DNA from: Octopus bimaculoides
Taxonomy: Eukaryota
Direction: 5' to 3'
Length of the DNA stretch: 64,000 bases
Assembly (NCBI RefSeq): GCF_001194135.2
Contig: NC_068981.1
Coordinates: forward strand, 37,065,210 to 37,129,209
The notes under the pieces are model-generated. The model did not search any database. It was not told the DNA's origin and saw nothing but the letters and a program-made list of their open reading frames with translations. How positions within the stretch are numbered: the stretch's first letter is position 1; every line of letters begins with the position of its first letter. The position numbers were made by a program, and so were the translations under genes. Shown here one piece after another: positions 37,640-51,646 of this stretch.

Positions 37640-39310
37640 ATTTAAAAGCTATTACTCAGAGTTTCACGTTCCCGTTTGTCAGACAGGTTTTGTTAAAATA
37701 GAACAGAAATAACGATATAATCAAAAACTAGTTTAAAGGAAACAACTTTAAAAATTGATTTGTTTCATTGGTCCTTTCAATTAATGGTTTTAAGCATGCA
37801 ATGAACAAAATAAACGAATTCAATATTATAAAATCGAAGAAAACCTTAAATTGGAGAGTGGATTCAAAATACATATTGTAAATAATTACATACGAAATAT
37901 GATTCAATTAATACATTAAAATTAAAATTTTCACACTGCTTTTCATAAATATTTTACAACAGATATACCCATACTAGACCATATATAATATACATATATA
38001 CATCAAAATACACATATGCAAAAAATACTTGATACAGTCACAATATTTAAAGAAAGATTTTCTTAAGAGTTCTTAACTATTAATAAATTTTTGTAAAACA
38101 GATTGACACAAACATTTTGGAAAGAGGCTTTTGAACTGTGTGTAAGAGCTTTCATTGTTCAACTTTTCAAACACATGTATTCCAGTCCAATCTGTATAAA
38201 GTATGTTATTTTTAGTAATGGTATTGACTATTTCCAATTTTATTTCAAGTTTAGAATTCTGGCAAAGAATTCCTCTTTAGCCTTTTGTAGGTGGTCATTT
38301 TCATCGTTTATTTTGGAAAATGTAAATATTTTGGAAATTTTCATTTGCAAAAAAAGCCTAAATGTCCAAACATGGAACATTTCTAAGCAACAAATCTTTA
38401 ATTTGTTGTTTGTGTATTCTCGTGCACCTGGTTAATTTTGATCTTGTTTCTCTGAAGTAATTCTCATTGCATTGTGGGCATGTGATGTAGCAGATAGGAA
38501 TTATTTTTTGTGATTCATATTTTCATTTCCTTTCAGGTGTTTTAGATTCTTGAATCTTTTGCTTGTTCCTTTTTCAATTGTTTTACATGTCCACAATGAA
38601 GGTCTCCACAGTTTGTTAACTGCATTACTTCTTTCTCCTAACTGAATCTCACTTTGTTAGCAGTTTTTTGAGATTTTATTCTTTTTGTAATATAGAAATT
38701 AGGATTTCTTTTGCACTTGTAATGGTATGATTTATTAGCCTTTTGAAGTATTTCTATTTTTGAAGGAACATGTTTAGTTCTACAAGTCGTTTCTTTCGTC
38801 TATTTGTGTCTGTAACTAGTGAGCATATAAGTCTTGCCGTATTGAATGGGATGTTCCTTTCAATGTGGGGTGGTTGGCAGGATCTTAAATCTAAATACAG
38901 CTCCATGCATCATTTCAATAGATACCGGTTATAACTGTCTCATTATTCTTAATGATCAGGATGTCCAGGCAAAGAAGTTCCCTTCCATTCATTTCTAGTG
39001 AACTTGATCGAATTCATGAATGCTATTTATTAATTGAAGGAATTTTGTAAGGTTCTTCTTGTTTTTGTCCTAAGTATGAAGTGGCTATCCAGTAATCTTT
39101 TCCAGTTTCCAATTGAATAGGATTGGAAATATTGATCAAAAATAATTCCAGATAAGTATGAATTTTTTCTTCTGGGAATCCCATTACTAATGTTGATGCG
39201 ATTTTCGTTCCCATTGCCATGCCATATATTTGTAGGTAATATTGGTTACCAAAGACAAAAATAGTTGTTTTCCAATGCCAATCATAATCCTTCAAGTATA
39301 AATCTTTACA
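37640..39310 (-). mobile_element. Degenerate Penelope-like retroelement (RT + GIY-YIG endonuclease + 3' region with hammerhead)
   Basis: Minus-strand TIFVFGNQYYLQIYGMAMGTKIASTLVMGFPEEKI is the PLE RT Q..G.AMG motif. Downstream are LCLDILIIKNNETVITGIY (thumb) and ICYITCPQCNENYFRETRSKLTRCTRIHKQQI (GIY-YIG). Many stops and frameshifts. Confidence 0.9.
37649..37686 (-). ncRNA. Minimal type-I hammerhead motif 3' of a Penelope-like element, one core substitution
   Basis: Minus strand reads CTGT-CTGACAA-ACG(GGAA)CGT-GAA-ACTC(T)GAGT-A-ATAG: helix I CTGT/ATAG with one G-U, helix II with a GNRA loop, quasi-palindromic helix III, GUA cleavage triplet. G8 is replaced by A. Confidence 0.6.
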
Positions 39311-39352
39311 CACACACACACGCACACATATATATTATCGAGAATTTTGCTC

Positions 39353-39394
<42 letters not shown>

Positions 39395-39886
39395 CACTCC
39401 AAAAGAGAAATAGAGTGGTTAAACTTTTAAATTGTCAGAAAGTAATCAAAGGCCTCGCATCTAGCATTACACTTAACAATATTGACAACTCTTTACCAAG
39501 TGCAATACTATGTGCAAAACCATTGGTGACTTTCTCACCAACTATGTGCCATAACAACGAATATGCTGCTTGGTAAAATAAAAATGTATATGTATGTACA
39601 TGTGCATGTGTGTGTGTGTATGTGTGAGTGGGTGTATGTGTGTGTGTGTGAGAGAGAGAGAGATTTACGTTTGTTTTACTTTAGTTTCATATTTATTATA
39701 GTTATTACACACTTTGAGAAATATCTCCATGATGTATATTATGCATTTGACATATATTTTCTGATTTGACTTTTTATAATGTGAAAGAAGAAAGGTGTAA
39801 GGATTTGGGGGTGCATCAAGCAAGGAAACTACACACACACACACAGACAGACACACACACACACCCACACACACACACACACACAC

Positions 39887-39948
39887 ACAACTATACACAC
39901 ACATATAACTATACACACACATATAACTATACACACACATATAACTAT
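39887..39948 (+). repeat. 18-bp minisatellite within a (CA)n tract, running into a gap
   Basis: AACTATACACACACATAT repeated. Confidence 0.85.
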
Positions 39949-40051
39949 NNNNNNNNNNNNNNNNNNNNNNNNNNNNNNNNNNNNNNNNNNNNNNNNNNNN
40001 NNNNNNNNNNNNNNNNNNNNNNNNNNNNNNNNNNNNNNNNNNNNNNNNNNN

Positions 40052-40113
<62 letters not shown>

Positions 40114-40143
40114 CATATATTGAGTATCTTCCATTCAGTTGGT

Positions 40144-40455
40144 TAATGATTCCCAGAAGAAAAAATTCATACTTATCTGGAATTATTTTTGATCAATATT
40201 TCCAATCCTATTCAATTGGAAACTGGAAAAGTTTCCTGGATAGCCACTTCATACTTAGGACAAAAACAAGGAGAACCTTACAAAATTCCTTCAATTAATA
40301 AATAGCATTCATGAATTTGATCAAGTTCCCTAGAAATGAATGGAAGGGAACTTCTTTGCCTAGACATCCTGATTATTAAGAATAATGAGACAGTTATAAC
40401 CGGTATCTATTGAAATGATGCATGGAGCTGTATTTAGATTTAAGATCCTGCCAAC
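40144..40455 (+). mobile_element. Inverted partial copy of the PLE RT segment at 38873-39186
   Basis: About 312 bp that is the reverse complement of 38873-39186, with roughly 7 differences counted by eye. Confidence 0.85.
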
Positions 40456-40917
40456 ATATACATAGATGCAGTTAAAATTTGCAAAACATTCCTGAGATTC
40501 TCTATATGAGTTCCCCATGCTAAACATATAAAAAAATACTCCAGAAACCCTTCTCTGTGGATTTTCTGGACCAGGCATATGCATATCTCTGCATATAGAT
40601 ATAGAATGCATAAAAATATACACAATAAGAGGGAAGAATACACACTTGTAAACTAAAGTATAAAAAATGTGAATCAGTGACCCTTGAATACTAAAGTGAA
40701 ATGCAAATCCACTGCACAAATGCAAATTATCCATGAGCACAAACATGTGCATACACTCATATCAGCCGATTCAAACGACCACAGACCTCACCCCCCAGAA
40801 CTTGTTTAAATATAGCAAAAAGCCTGGCCACTCGGTTAGTGGCTAACTTGAATTTTTCAGATGGAAAAACCTTAAATATTAAAGATGCAAAAATATTACA
40901 CACACAAACACACACAC

Positions 40918-40949
<32 letters not shown>

Positions 40950-41374
40950 GAAGATTATTGCCCACTTTCCGTTTACCTGACTGATAGACCAGAAACTATG
41001 GTAGAAGTTCCTTTCCCAAAGGACCGTGTGATTGAACACAGAACCATGTTGTAATGAATCAAACATTTGAAATAACTGGTTAATCATGTGCCTATCTAAA
41101 GGAAGAGCACGAAGTCAGCAACAATATTTCAACTCATGAGATTATGATTGTCTCTTCTGATATCTTAACTATTCAGCTGCCATAAATCTAAAGCCAATAT
41201 TTAGAGGGATAAATATGAGGAACTTGATCTGGGCTGTAGTATATCAGACTTGATAATTAATTGTATGTACTTGTCTTGGGTTCAAATTCAACAGGGGCGA
41301 TGATTTAATCTCTAGTGGCAATTAAATAAGTACTGATAATATATTAAACTTATGCATTATTAAAATAAATCAGT

Positions 41375-42760
41375 ATTATAATGGATAGAAGTGAACACTG
41401 CAGAATCAGATGTATGCAGATTGCGCTTTCTATTGTGTCATCAAGTTCAGACATTGACGTTTCCTGCGATATAATCAGATTAAACTGTCTTTGTCTATGG
41501 GTGGAAGTACTTGTAAGTATTGGCATGTGATGTTAGTGAAGAGAATTCATTCTGTACATATAAATCTTTGCTGTGTGCAGTAAAATAAACAGTCGTTGAT
41601 CACTGTAGCTTAACAGCACAACTGAAATTGGCCTTTGAATACCGATTTCTGGAGAATAATGTACAATTGAAGTCATAAGTTTATTATGATGATAGAGCCT
41701 TCTTTGGTTTCGACGATGAGCATTCAGTTACTCATGAAATTGGTGTGTAAACAGTTGAGTAGTCCACTGACTCATGTAAACTAAGAGTAATTTCAGACTG
41801 AATTAATGAGACAGTGTGTAAATAAGATAACCTCTAACTTGAAAGTACAATCCAACTAGCATATTACAATGTGGGTGGATTTACCCACTTTCACTTGCAA
41901 AACAAAAAATTACATCACGGCTGGGTGAAATTTCATTTGATGTTATGAATGAAGTTTTTCAAAACTCACACTAAATCTTTTGTTAACTGCCATTTGACGA
42001 TCTACTGGGTGTGATGGAAGGTAAATAACTATTTTCTTCATAGAATATAATTAATCCAAGTCTATATCGAATGTACATTTACTCAAAGGTGATGGTACTG
42101 ATGAAGACTCACAAAACTTTTGATTAATACCTAGAGAAAGGAAACCAGGATACTTACTATAACAATCCAACTGGTTTTATAAAGGAATAAAAGCTCTCAA
42201 TAATAATAACAACAAATGCTAGTAATAGATATGACAAATCACATTTAGAATCATAATCAAAATTAGAACTGGTGTGAGATAGCTAGAAACATATTCTTCA
42301 TTATAAAGTAACAATTGTATCTCAACAGACATCTTTTCAAGACATCAGAAAACCAAAGACAGAAGGAAATCAAATGGTATTTGAAGATAAAATGCTAGTT
42401 TCCATAAGCAACGAATGGATGATACAATAGCAAGAACATTTCAATAATTATTCGATCATGATCATAATGCTGACATTACAATCCTATATGTTGATCCAGT
42501 GTTACGCTGATTTCAACCTGTTGTATCTCAATGAAGTCAGGACATAAACAGACAATTGGAAAACGACAATGCATTTGAAGGAGACAACTTTCCAATAAAA
42601 TCTTCAAATTTTCTCTTGATCATATACAACATGATTTCTTTATCTCATGGATTTGAGATACTGAATATATTTCCCAGCTCTGGAATACAACAGTTTGACT
42701 AAATCAATAAGGATCCACCTATGCAGTCTCAGTACCTACTGGAAATAGGAACAAAATCTC
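41375..42760 (+). mobile_element. Highly decayed LINE ORF2 (endonuclease C-terminus, linker, start of RT)
   Basis: EVNTAESD..., TVVDHCSLTAQLKLAF (SDH motif context), QEHFNN (W.EHF..L) and RQLENDNAFEGDNFP (QLKN.KA.G.D.IP). Confidence 0.55.
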
Positions 42761-43408
42761 TCTCAAAATCCAAGCCTACATCAATCATCAAAAACTTTGT
42801 TGTCAAAACCACAGAATATTATTACAGCAGAATAGCATCTACTTAATCTCTTAACTAGAAAAAAGCAACCAAAACTCCCTCAGCTATCACAGTAACATCT
42901 TAAAACAATGCATTAGATCATGTTGGTGCACAATTCCTGAGTATAAGATAATATGGGCACGGTTGGAATGCTTTAGACTAAGACTGGAGGACAAATAATG
43001 ATGTGAAAAATAAAGTCTAGACGACTAGCATAAGACAAGATATGAATAAACAAATCTTCACATTCTCGATTTAGCGTGTGTGTGTGGCGGCATGATTAAT
43101 ACAGAAATCACTGAATATGTATGTATGTATGTATGTGTGTATGTATGTATGTATGTATTTATACACACACTCACACACATATACGTACTTACATACATAT
43201 GTATGTATATATATAAAGATATATGTGGGTGTGCACGTGAGTGTGTAAAGAGAATGACACAAAGAAATAAAATAAGCACAAATAAGACGAGGATGATAAT
43301 AAAAGTAAGAGACAAATAAATATGAAACTGAAGAAGCACAAATAGTGGCAGAATAAATGTAAAAAAATGAAATGAAACATTAATAATTAAAATGTATTTA
43401 CAATCACG

Positions 43409-43448
<40 letters not shown>

Positions 43449-43469
43449 TGTATACATCCTTCCCTGCAT

Positions 43470-43505
<36 letters not shown>

Positions 43506-43959
43506 TCACACACACATACAAAATCTCTTTGCTGAATTGTCTGTATATAGGAGTTCAGAGACTCTACGAACTTATATGATTTTTTCTCTTCTTTTCTCAT
43601 TATTCAGATAATATTGAAGCTGAAACAAGACAAATAATTTTGCTTTATAACTCACTTTACTTCATTATAAAGTAATATTGAGTTATTTTTTTCACATTTA
43701 TGGCTATTTCTTTTAACAATGAAATGCATTTTGAGGTATACGTATATACATATGTGTGTGTGTGTGTGTGTGTGTGTATACATATGCACACACATATATG
43801 CATGTGCTTACGTGTGTGTGTGTGTATGTGTGTGTGTATACCTGTAATATTTATGTGTGTGAGTGTGTGTGTATATCTGTAATATTTATGTGTGTGTAGA
43901 TAATCAACTCACACCACTGCAAGAATACCACTACCCCATCATATTACCATCGAGAAGAC

Positions 43960-44712
43960 TCAACTATTGTGCACCATCTCATAAGATGTTAAAATCGACA
44001 AAGAAGCTGATAACAGAGTGGTCAAGGCAAACAGTGCATTTGGCAGGTTGTTCAAAAGGTGCTGGAATAATAACCATCTGAAGAAAGAGGTAAAGATCAG
44101 TGTTTACTGAGCTCTTGTTCTGACCATGTTCTTGTATGACTCAGAGTTGTGGGTCATCTATAGGCACCACCTGTCTCATTAGTGTTGCCTTCACATCATC
44201 CTCAGCATCCTCTGAAATGTGACTTTGTCACTAACGTCGAGGTCCTAGAGCAGGTGAAAGTCATCAGCATCGAAGCAGCTCTGCTGAAGGCATAACTATG
44301 CTGGGCAGAACGTCTCTAGGATGGAGCATCATCCACTTCCCAAGATCACACTATATGGTGAACTTTCCTCAGGCCCCTGTGATAGAAGAGCTCAAAGAAG
44401 AAGTACAAGGATTTCCTAAGAACGTCCCTTGTTGCGTGCCACATTGATCCTTACCAGTGGTCAGTTCTTGCTGCTAACCATGAAGCCTGGCATCTCACTA
44501 GCAAAGTTTGAAAACAACTGCAGGACCATCATTGCAAAGAGAGGAAAAGGAAGAATAACAAGGACACTACAACTAGTCCTGATCACCCTCCCTTTCTGTG
44601 CAGCCAGTGCAGTTGTGCCTGTTTTTCCCAAATTAGACTCATTGGGCATCAGCAAGCTTGCAACAGATGTAGGCATATCTCCCTTATAAATCTTTACTCA
44701 CGAAGCCAAGCC
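43960..44712 (+). mobile_element. Degenerate RTE-clade LINE (post-RT region and C-terminal zinc motif)
   Basis: Frameshifted IDKEADNRVVKANSAFGRLFKRCWNNNHLKKEVKISVY, NVEVLEQVKVISIEAALLK, LPKITLYGELSSG and FLCSQCSCACFSQIRLIGHQQAC. Confidence 0.85.
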
Positions 44713-44991
44713 ATGCCAACACACACACACACACGTCTACTTCCCATATTTGCAGTGGTTAGGAGAAATTTGATGAGATACATGTCCTATTCTTGGATGC
44801 TTTTCCTGTCACCAACTCTCATCTCTTTTCAAGCAAAAAATTCCATTTGTCTTTCAAACACGAACAATAAAATGGCCATGGAAGATTGCATGCAGACGAC
44901 ACTGTTTGTATAGCAATAACTTATTCTCAAGTAGTGCATGGTATCTTGGAATTGGGACATGAACACAGGTGCACTTTCACATACACACACA

Positions 44992-45068
<77 letters not shown>

Positions 45069-45070
45069 GC

Positions 45071-45101
<31 letters not shown>

Positions 45102-45129
45102 TCTTTCTATCTATCTTTCTATCTATCTT

Positions 45130-45192
<63 letters not shown>

Positions 45193-45208
45193 GTCTATCT
45201 ATCTATCT
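44992..45208 (+). repeat. Compound tetranucleotide (ATCT)n/(GTCT)n
   Basis: Read directly from the sequence. Confidence 0.95.
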
Positions 45209-45659
45209 TTCTCTTCCACAAACTTGTGTTAAAATTATATTTAGTGTTTTCCCCCACTCTTTCATAAAAGCCTGATACACTCCCACTCTCTGTGATTGTC
45301 TTAATTTCCTCCATAGCTCAGAGCTACCCCCGCACCAAATTCCTCCCGACGGTAGTAAAGATTCATCACAATCACACATCACAATTGTACTCCTAATGAC
45401 ATTAGGAATGTTTATTATATATTTATTTGTCTATTGATAATAGTTTAAATGGCATCTACTGCAGCATATGCAGCAAATGTTGGAGAAGGAATATATGAAG
45501 GAAAATTAAATGAAAGGGAAAAAATAATGTGTCTTAAAACTGCCAGCAAAGCAGGGTTCAATTAAACTTATTCTCCATAGGTACAGATGCAGTCAGACAA
45601 ATGAACCAACAATCTAACAGTCTTACCACTGAAGACGCACTCCTCTTCCTCTAGGTTCC

Positions 45660-46690
45660 CAAATTTTAAAGCTGCAACTATAATCGATGGCACCATGAAA
45701 GTAGGTTTGGTGAGATTATGGAAATGCTGGAGTGGAGACAAGTGGATGTGTGCTATGTGAATGAGACATGATGGAAAGGATCCTTTGTCAAACTCTTCAC
45801 ATGGAAAAGATAGTGGTACAAATTCTTCTGGATAAGTAATGGTGAAGGCAGAGGTAGGTAAACTTTCTGTTTACCAAGAAATGGATTCATAAAATAACTG
45901 AGATTGTCAGGGGATGCAAGAGGATAATTAAGATGTGATTGGTAATAGAAAATTCAACATCAACATTTTCCTCAGCATAAGCCCCACCAGCAGAAAGGAT
46001 AGAAGAACAGATAGACCTTTTATATGAGAACCTTCTGCTGACTACATTAATGATGATTGGCAATGCCTTCAAAAAACATGTTGGCTGATATGATGATGGC
46101 TTCCATGATATAAATGAAAGCCATGGTTCAAGAACTGAGGAAGATGTAAGGCTCCTGGAATTCTGTGAAGCAACTGATCTAACAATGTGTAATACACAGT
46201 TGAAGAAACAAGCCAGACACCTCATCACCCCCAATCTGGAGAACAGATTATAATCAGGGAGATTATATTCTCATCAAGCAAAAGATGCACTGCACAATAT
46301 AAACTCGAGGCTTGTGACTTCAAAGTCAGAGTTAGGTAGATGCAGAAGGCAAGGTATGGAAATTAGAAGATCCTGTGGTTGGGAATAGATTTAGTGAATT
46401 TCTAATTGATGCAGATAACTGTTGGAGTAAAGATTTAAATACTTATAGCACAGATGACAACTGAACTGGTAACTTTTATGAAAAACCTTCATAAGGCTAT
46501 GAATTAAATATGTGACTGGAGCAAAGTCCCAGCCAAAGCAAAGGTGACATGATAATTGAATAGCACAGCTGATAGGGCAGAAAAGGCTAAGGGATAGGCT
46601 TGGAAAACTTGGAAGGAAGGTGGGAGGAGGAAGCATTATCAAATGTCCAGAAGAGTAGCTAGACGACAAGTATAAATGGCTAAATGTGAG
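45660..46690 (+). mobile_element. Degenerate RTE LINE AP-endonuclease (5') region
   Basis: GEIMEMLEWRQVDVCYVNET*WKG, YKFFWISNGEGRG, FSA*AP and RLLEFCEATDLTMCNTQLKKQARHLIT match the AP-endonuclease of RTE ORFs. Confidence 0.85.
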
Positions 46691-47048
46691 ACAGAAGAGA
46701 TTTCCCCTACAGAGAGATCAGCAATTTAAGCTGACAGCAGTATGGTAGATAAAGTAATTAAGGACATCAAGAGCGAGAAAAATGTGGGTCTATCAAGGTT
46801 ACATCTAGAATTACTATAATAGAAGACACTTGTCCATTGTACTGTGCTGTGAGATTGAACCAGAAACCACGTAGATGGTAAGTGAATGTTTTAACTACAC
46901 ATACATGCTTACAACTTAAGCCACAGACACACACAGATATAATATATGTATGTCTCCATGTGTATATGCTTACAGCTGCATACATACATACATACATGCA
47001 TGCATATGTACATACATATGTACATACGTACGTACATATATTCATTAT

Positions 47049-47269
47049 TCTTTTATTCTTTTACATGTTTCAGTCATTTCACTGCAGCCATACTGGAGTA
47101 CCACCTTAAAAGATTTTAGTCGAAGAGATTGACCCCAGAGATTGACTTATTCTTTGTAAGCCTAATATTTTTTGATGAACCATTATGTTATGGGGACATA
47201 AGCACACCAATATTGGTTGTCCATCCAATGGTGGGATAGACAAACGCAGACACAAGGACACACACATAC

Positions 47270-47320
<51 letters not shown>

Positions 47321-47470
47321 GGGATTCTTTTAGTTTCTTCTGACAAAACCACTCACAAGGCCCAAAGCTATAGTAGAAGACACTTGCCCAAGGTGCCATG
47401 CAGTGGGACTGAACCCAGAACCATGTAGTTGGCAAGCGAGCTTCTTATCACACAGCCATGCCTGTGCCTG
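47049..47470 (-). mobile_element. tRNA-derived SINE, same family, with (TA)n middle
   Basis: Plus strand TTTCAGTCATTTCACTGCAGCCATACTGGAG... and GCCCAAGGTGCCATGCAGTGGGACTGAACCCAGAACCATG. Confidence 0.85.
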
Positions 47471-50400
47471 CACACAGTCATGTGTGTGTGTGTGCATGCG
47501 TGTACGTGCACATGTGTGCATATGTAAATAGAAGATATGTGTATATATAAGTATACACACACATATGAATGTATGTAGAGCTATACTGAAGGATGAAGAT
47601 GATATGAAAATAGACGGACAAGTAGGTAAGTAAATGGAGAGATAAGTATACATATATAAATTGGGAACAATAGAAATGAAAAGAAGAAGTAAATAAAAAC
47701 AGAGAAAGGGAAAGTAGAAGAGGGGAAGATGAGAGAGAGAAAGCAACTTAGAAGTCACCAAATTGTGAAACAGAGACTGAAGTAAAGAAGAAGATAAGGT
47801 AGAGTAGAGGTAAAAGGAAAGTAAGGAGAGAAAGAAAATATATCTAAAGGCAGACAAAGAAATAGAAAGGAAAAGGTGAAAGGGCTTAGAAAAGGAGTGA
47901 GAGACGAAGTTAGTAACAGTAAGAAAGATATACAGGTAGAAAGACAGAAACAGAAAAAAAATGTAGGGTGGGGAGAGAAAATGAAATATCTGCAGATTTT
48001 TCATTTAGACTAATAGAACGTTATTGATTTTATTTATCCCCACTTCTTTTTCTGATAGAGTAATATTGATTTCCATTCTGACTAGTAAAATAGCATGACC
48101 CCTACACTTTCTCAGATATTTCAAACCCTTATCACCATAGATACAGTAGCCAGGAAAGACTGTTACTTTGTAGTGGTAATGGCCTGCCATTTTCCCCAGG
48201 AACTAGGTGGTACTTCCTGATGTCACATGGTTGGAACTTTAAAATCAAAAGTTCTCCATAATTCTTCACTACATATGGATTAAAAGACTTTCTAAATCTA
48301 AACAAACAAAATTTCTATTCACATTATCACAAAGTAACTAGGACATCAAAAAAGCAACAGGAATATTATTCCCTCCTTCCCTAAAATCACTAGCAACAAA
48401 AATGTCTACATTTCCGCAAGGCCAAAATTCTTTACAACTTATCTAAGGAGGAAAAACATTTTTTATGAATAATAATGATGAGGATGATGATTTATTACAT
48501 CAGTGTAAGGTCTCTGTATTCTATGGAAAGAGAAATAAAATTATATGACAGGCATACTTTGGAGAATTAATGTTATGAGCAAAAGAAAGTGGCTATGTTT
48601 GAGAATTAGAAGTGGGTCATAAACATAATTCAGCTATATTACAAGTCATTCAGTACTTCTCATACTGATTAAATGATACAACATATTTATTAAACATTAT
48701 TCTTATACATTACATTACTTACCTTCAGATTGAATTGAAGAGTATATTTCTTTTTTGCTTTTGTTTTAAAATCTATTTTTTAATTCACTAAAACTGAATC
48801 TTTGAATTCACAAAAAAAAAAAAAAAGAGAAAAAGAAAAAATCTTGTTACTCCAAATTTCCCCATGTTATTTGTGCATATATAGGGGAGTATGAAGAAAG
48901 GATATTATATAAACACAGTTTGTTGTCTTTCTTGGCTAGAATTTTTGAAACAAAAGGAATTAGATGTGTCCACCATGAGTCTAAAATCTCTTTGACTAAA
49001 ACAGTGTTTTCATTTACAGATGCAGTTCATTTAGCATTCAATATTGAGTTTAAAGTTGAGTTCATTTAACAATGGAAAACATGCCTGGATTTTGTTCTTT
49101 TAGATAGCAATTAAGAAAACGCAAGAAAATAGGTAATAATTTATTCAAATCTCCAAGCAACCATTTTGAGACAACCTGGCTCAGCTTAGTACATTCCAGA
49201 AACTTGAATGTTTTCCAAGAGAGATCAGTGTCTAATTTGAATGGGATTAACAGTAGTTACGTGATCAGACTCATAGAGAAAATCAGTATCTTAGCAAAAG
49301 GAAGGTTGTTAAAGTATAGCTTCAATGGAGCTTAACTCTAAATTAATGTTATAGGATTCACTGTAGCTTAATTGTTAAAGGAATAGTTTTATAATCTATG
49401 GAGCATTCATTCATAAGATCAGTTACTTTTGCTTCATTTATACTCATATAAAATAATGTATACAAAGAAGAATGAAACTTTGATAGATGACATAAGTAAT
49501 TGACATGTATATATCAAAATTCTAACATTTTTTCAGATTGACTGCTTTTTTTTCTATTTTGTAGTCAGAAAAAGTTCAAAGGCAAGACTACAGGTGGTAG
49601 TTGTTTGAAATAAAAATTCAAAATATTTACTAAATTTGCAAGCATCAAAATATTTAAGTCACATTCATAAGTGACATTGTTGCAGACTAGAAAAGATTTT
49701 CAAATCAGGTAAATATTTTGAAACATTCTCACATTTACTTACTTCTATATCTGAGATTAGTTATTGCAATGACAACATAAATATTTTTGACTAGTGTGTA
49801 TTTGTTTACTACACTACCCTTTGGATCAGTTCAGTCACTAATAGTCTTCAGGGATTTTATAAACATCTGTAGGCTGGATTTGAGCTTAGGATCTTATATC
49901 TACTCACACATTCTTAGTCAAGCTCCTTTGGGATAGCTACTGAATGGCAGCCATGTTGTGCTTAAATCTGCACTAAGCTTATTAGTTGGCTGCTTGGTTA
50001 ATGTTATATATGAGTGTGTGTGCATATATGTATGTAAATATGTATATAAGCATGTATACATCGATGTATACATATGTATAGGTGTGTGTGTTTGTGTGTG
50101 TGTTGATGGCTGCATGCATTTATCTACTTGTTGGTAAGGAAAATATTTACATCCATTTTTCCATGCTGTCATGGGTTAGACAAACGTTTGAGTTGGGTGT
50201 TGGTTTTACTGTTGGAAGTCCTTTCTATTGCTAACACTTACTTGTTTTTTATATTTTCAAATAAGGAATCTTTTATTACACATATCTTCAAAGGCACAAA
50301 GTAGCAAATGATTTGTTTAGAAGAGAAATGACATCACCACTTGTATCAATTTTGGAAATGGTGCAAGTGTAAAACAAACACACATATATGCTCACATATA

Positions 50401-50496
50401 TACATACATCTACTTATGCATATACATGCATATACATACATATACATCTATATGCGCATATACATACGTTTACACACACATACACACACACACACA

Positions 50497-50528
<32 letters not shown>

Positions 50529-51306
50529 TAATCATTGGATGCTTGATGTTGATCCTCCAACAATTGGGTGTAATTTTAAATCAGATGGTTTGGAAACTTT
50601 TTGCACATGATGTATGGAAGTCTTTTAAGCTGTTACAGATTTTCAGTAATCCATAAAGATTGCCTGTTTTTGCCTCAAAATTATTTAGGTAATCCATCTC
50701 ATTTAGCTTTGAACTTTTTGAATTTATCTGTTAGCCAATTTTATTAATTTAGTTGTTTTAAACCATTTTCTGGTAATTGATCCTGTCTTTTATTACAATA
50801 ATTCCTCCTTTGTTCATTTCTTCTATGACCACAGAAGAACTTTTCTGTAGACATTCCAGTTCTATTTGCTCTTTATGTGTAATACTTACGGAAAAAAAAC
50901 ATTTGTGTTCTTGTATATGCAGTTAATCTCAGATAATTTAGTTGGATTATATGTTATAATATTGCTAGATGCCCTTCCTTTTACCAAACCTTTTCCTCAT
51001 CTCTTACAACATGCAGAGACATTGTAAAGATATTCTAAAACAAAATTACTCTTAGTATATTATTGCAGGTACATAGTTTATAGATCAAGCTTAATATATT
51101 AGTGTTTCATCAACTCCAAAGAAATTAAAGGCAATGTTTGAACTAAGAAAATAGACAGACAAGACTATATACTATAAACTATTTTGAACATTTCTCTATT
51201 GAGAAAACCAATTCTCTCACCCTTGCAAGTCAACATTATTTTCACACACATCATAGACTCTACTCTGTATCATGCAATTCCTGAGCTTTACTGGCTTGGT
51301 CTAAAC

Positions 51307-51646
51307 CAATGATTCTCAACCATCTTTTACCTGTAGATCCCTTTGATTGCTATTTTATTCTAGTGGACCCCTATAACTATTCGATGCTTATAAACTAGTT
51401 TTACAGATACTTCTTTCAAAATTCCTATTTTGTTATTCACATACTAACATATGTAGATTGAACCATGTTAAAAGTTTGAGAAAGAAATTTAGCTGTTTCT
51501 TGAAGTAAATGCATGTGAATCAAACCTTTTCATGGACCTTTAATATACTACTGTGCATCTCTAATTCACTACTTTGCTTGCATGGATGCCCAAAAGTCTT
51601 ATATTGGAGCTTTTGGGGTCATATGGATCTCAATTGAGAACCACTG
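51307..51646. mobile_element. hAT (Charlie-type) non-autonomous element / MITE
   Basis: TIRs CAATGATTCTCAA (51307) and TTGAGAACCACTG (51634-51646) match the CAGTGGTTCTCAA Charlie-type terminus. The 8-bp flanks GTCTAAAC / ATGTAAGC share 5 of 8 bases and the central TA. Confidence 0.75.

Noticed and set aside
41570-41760. VVDHCSLT...GFDDEH...EIG resembling Polinton DNA polymerase B (DHCHLTG...GYD.H)
   Set aside because: Flanking frames fit a LINE AP-endonuclease C-terminus (SDH) and linker, which is more parsimonious.
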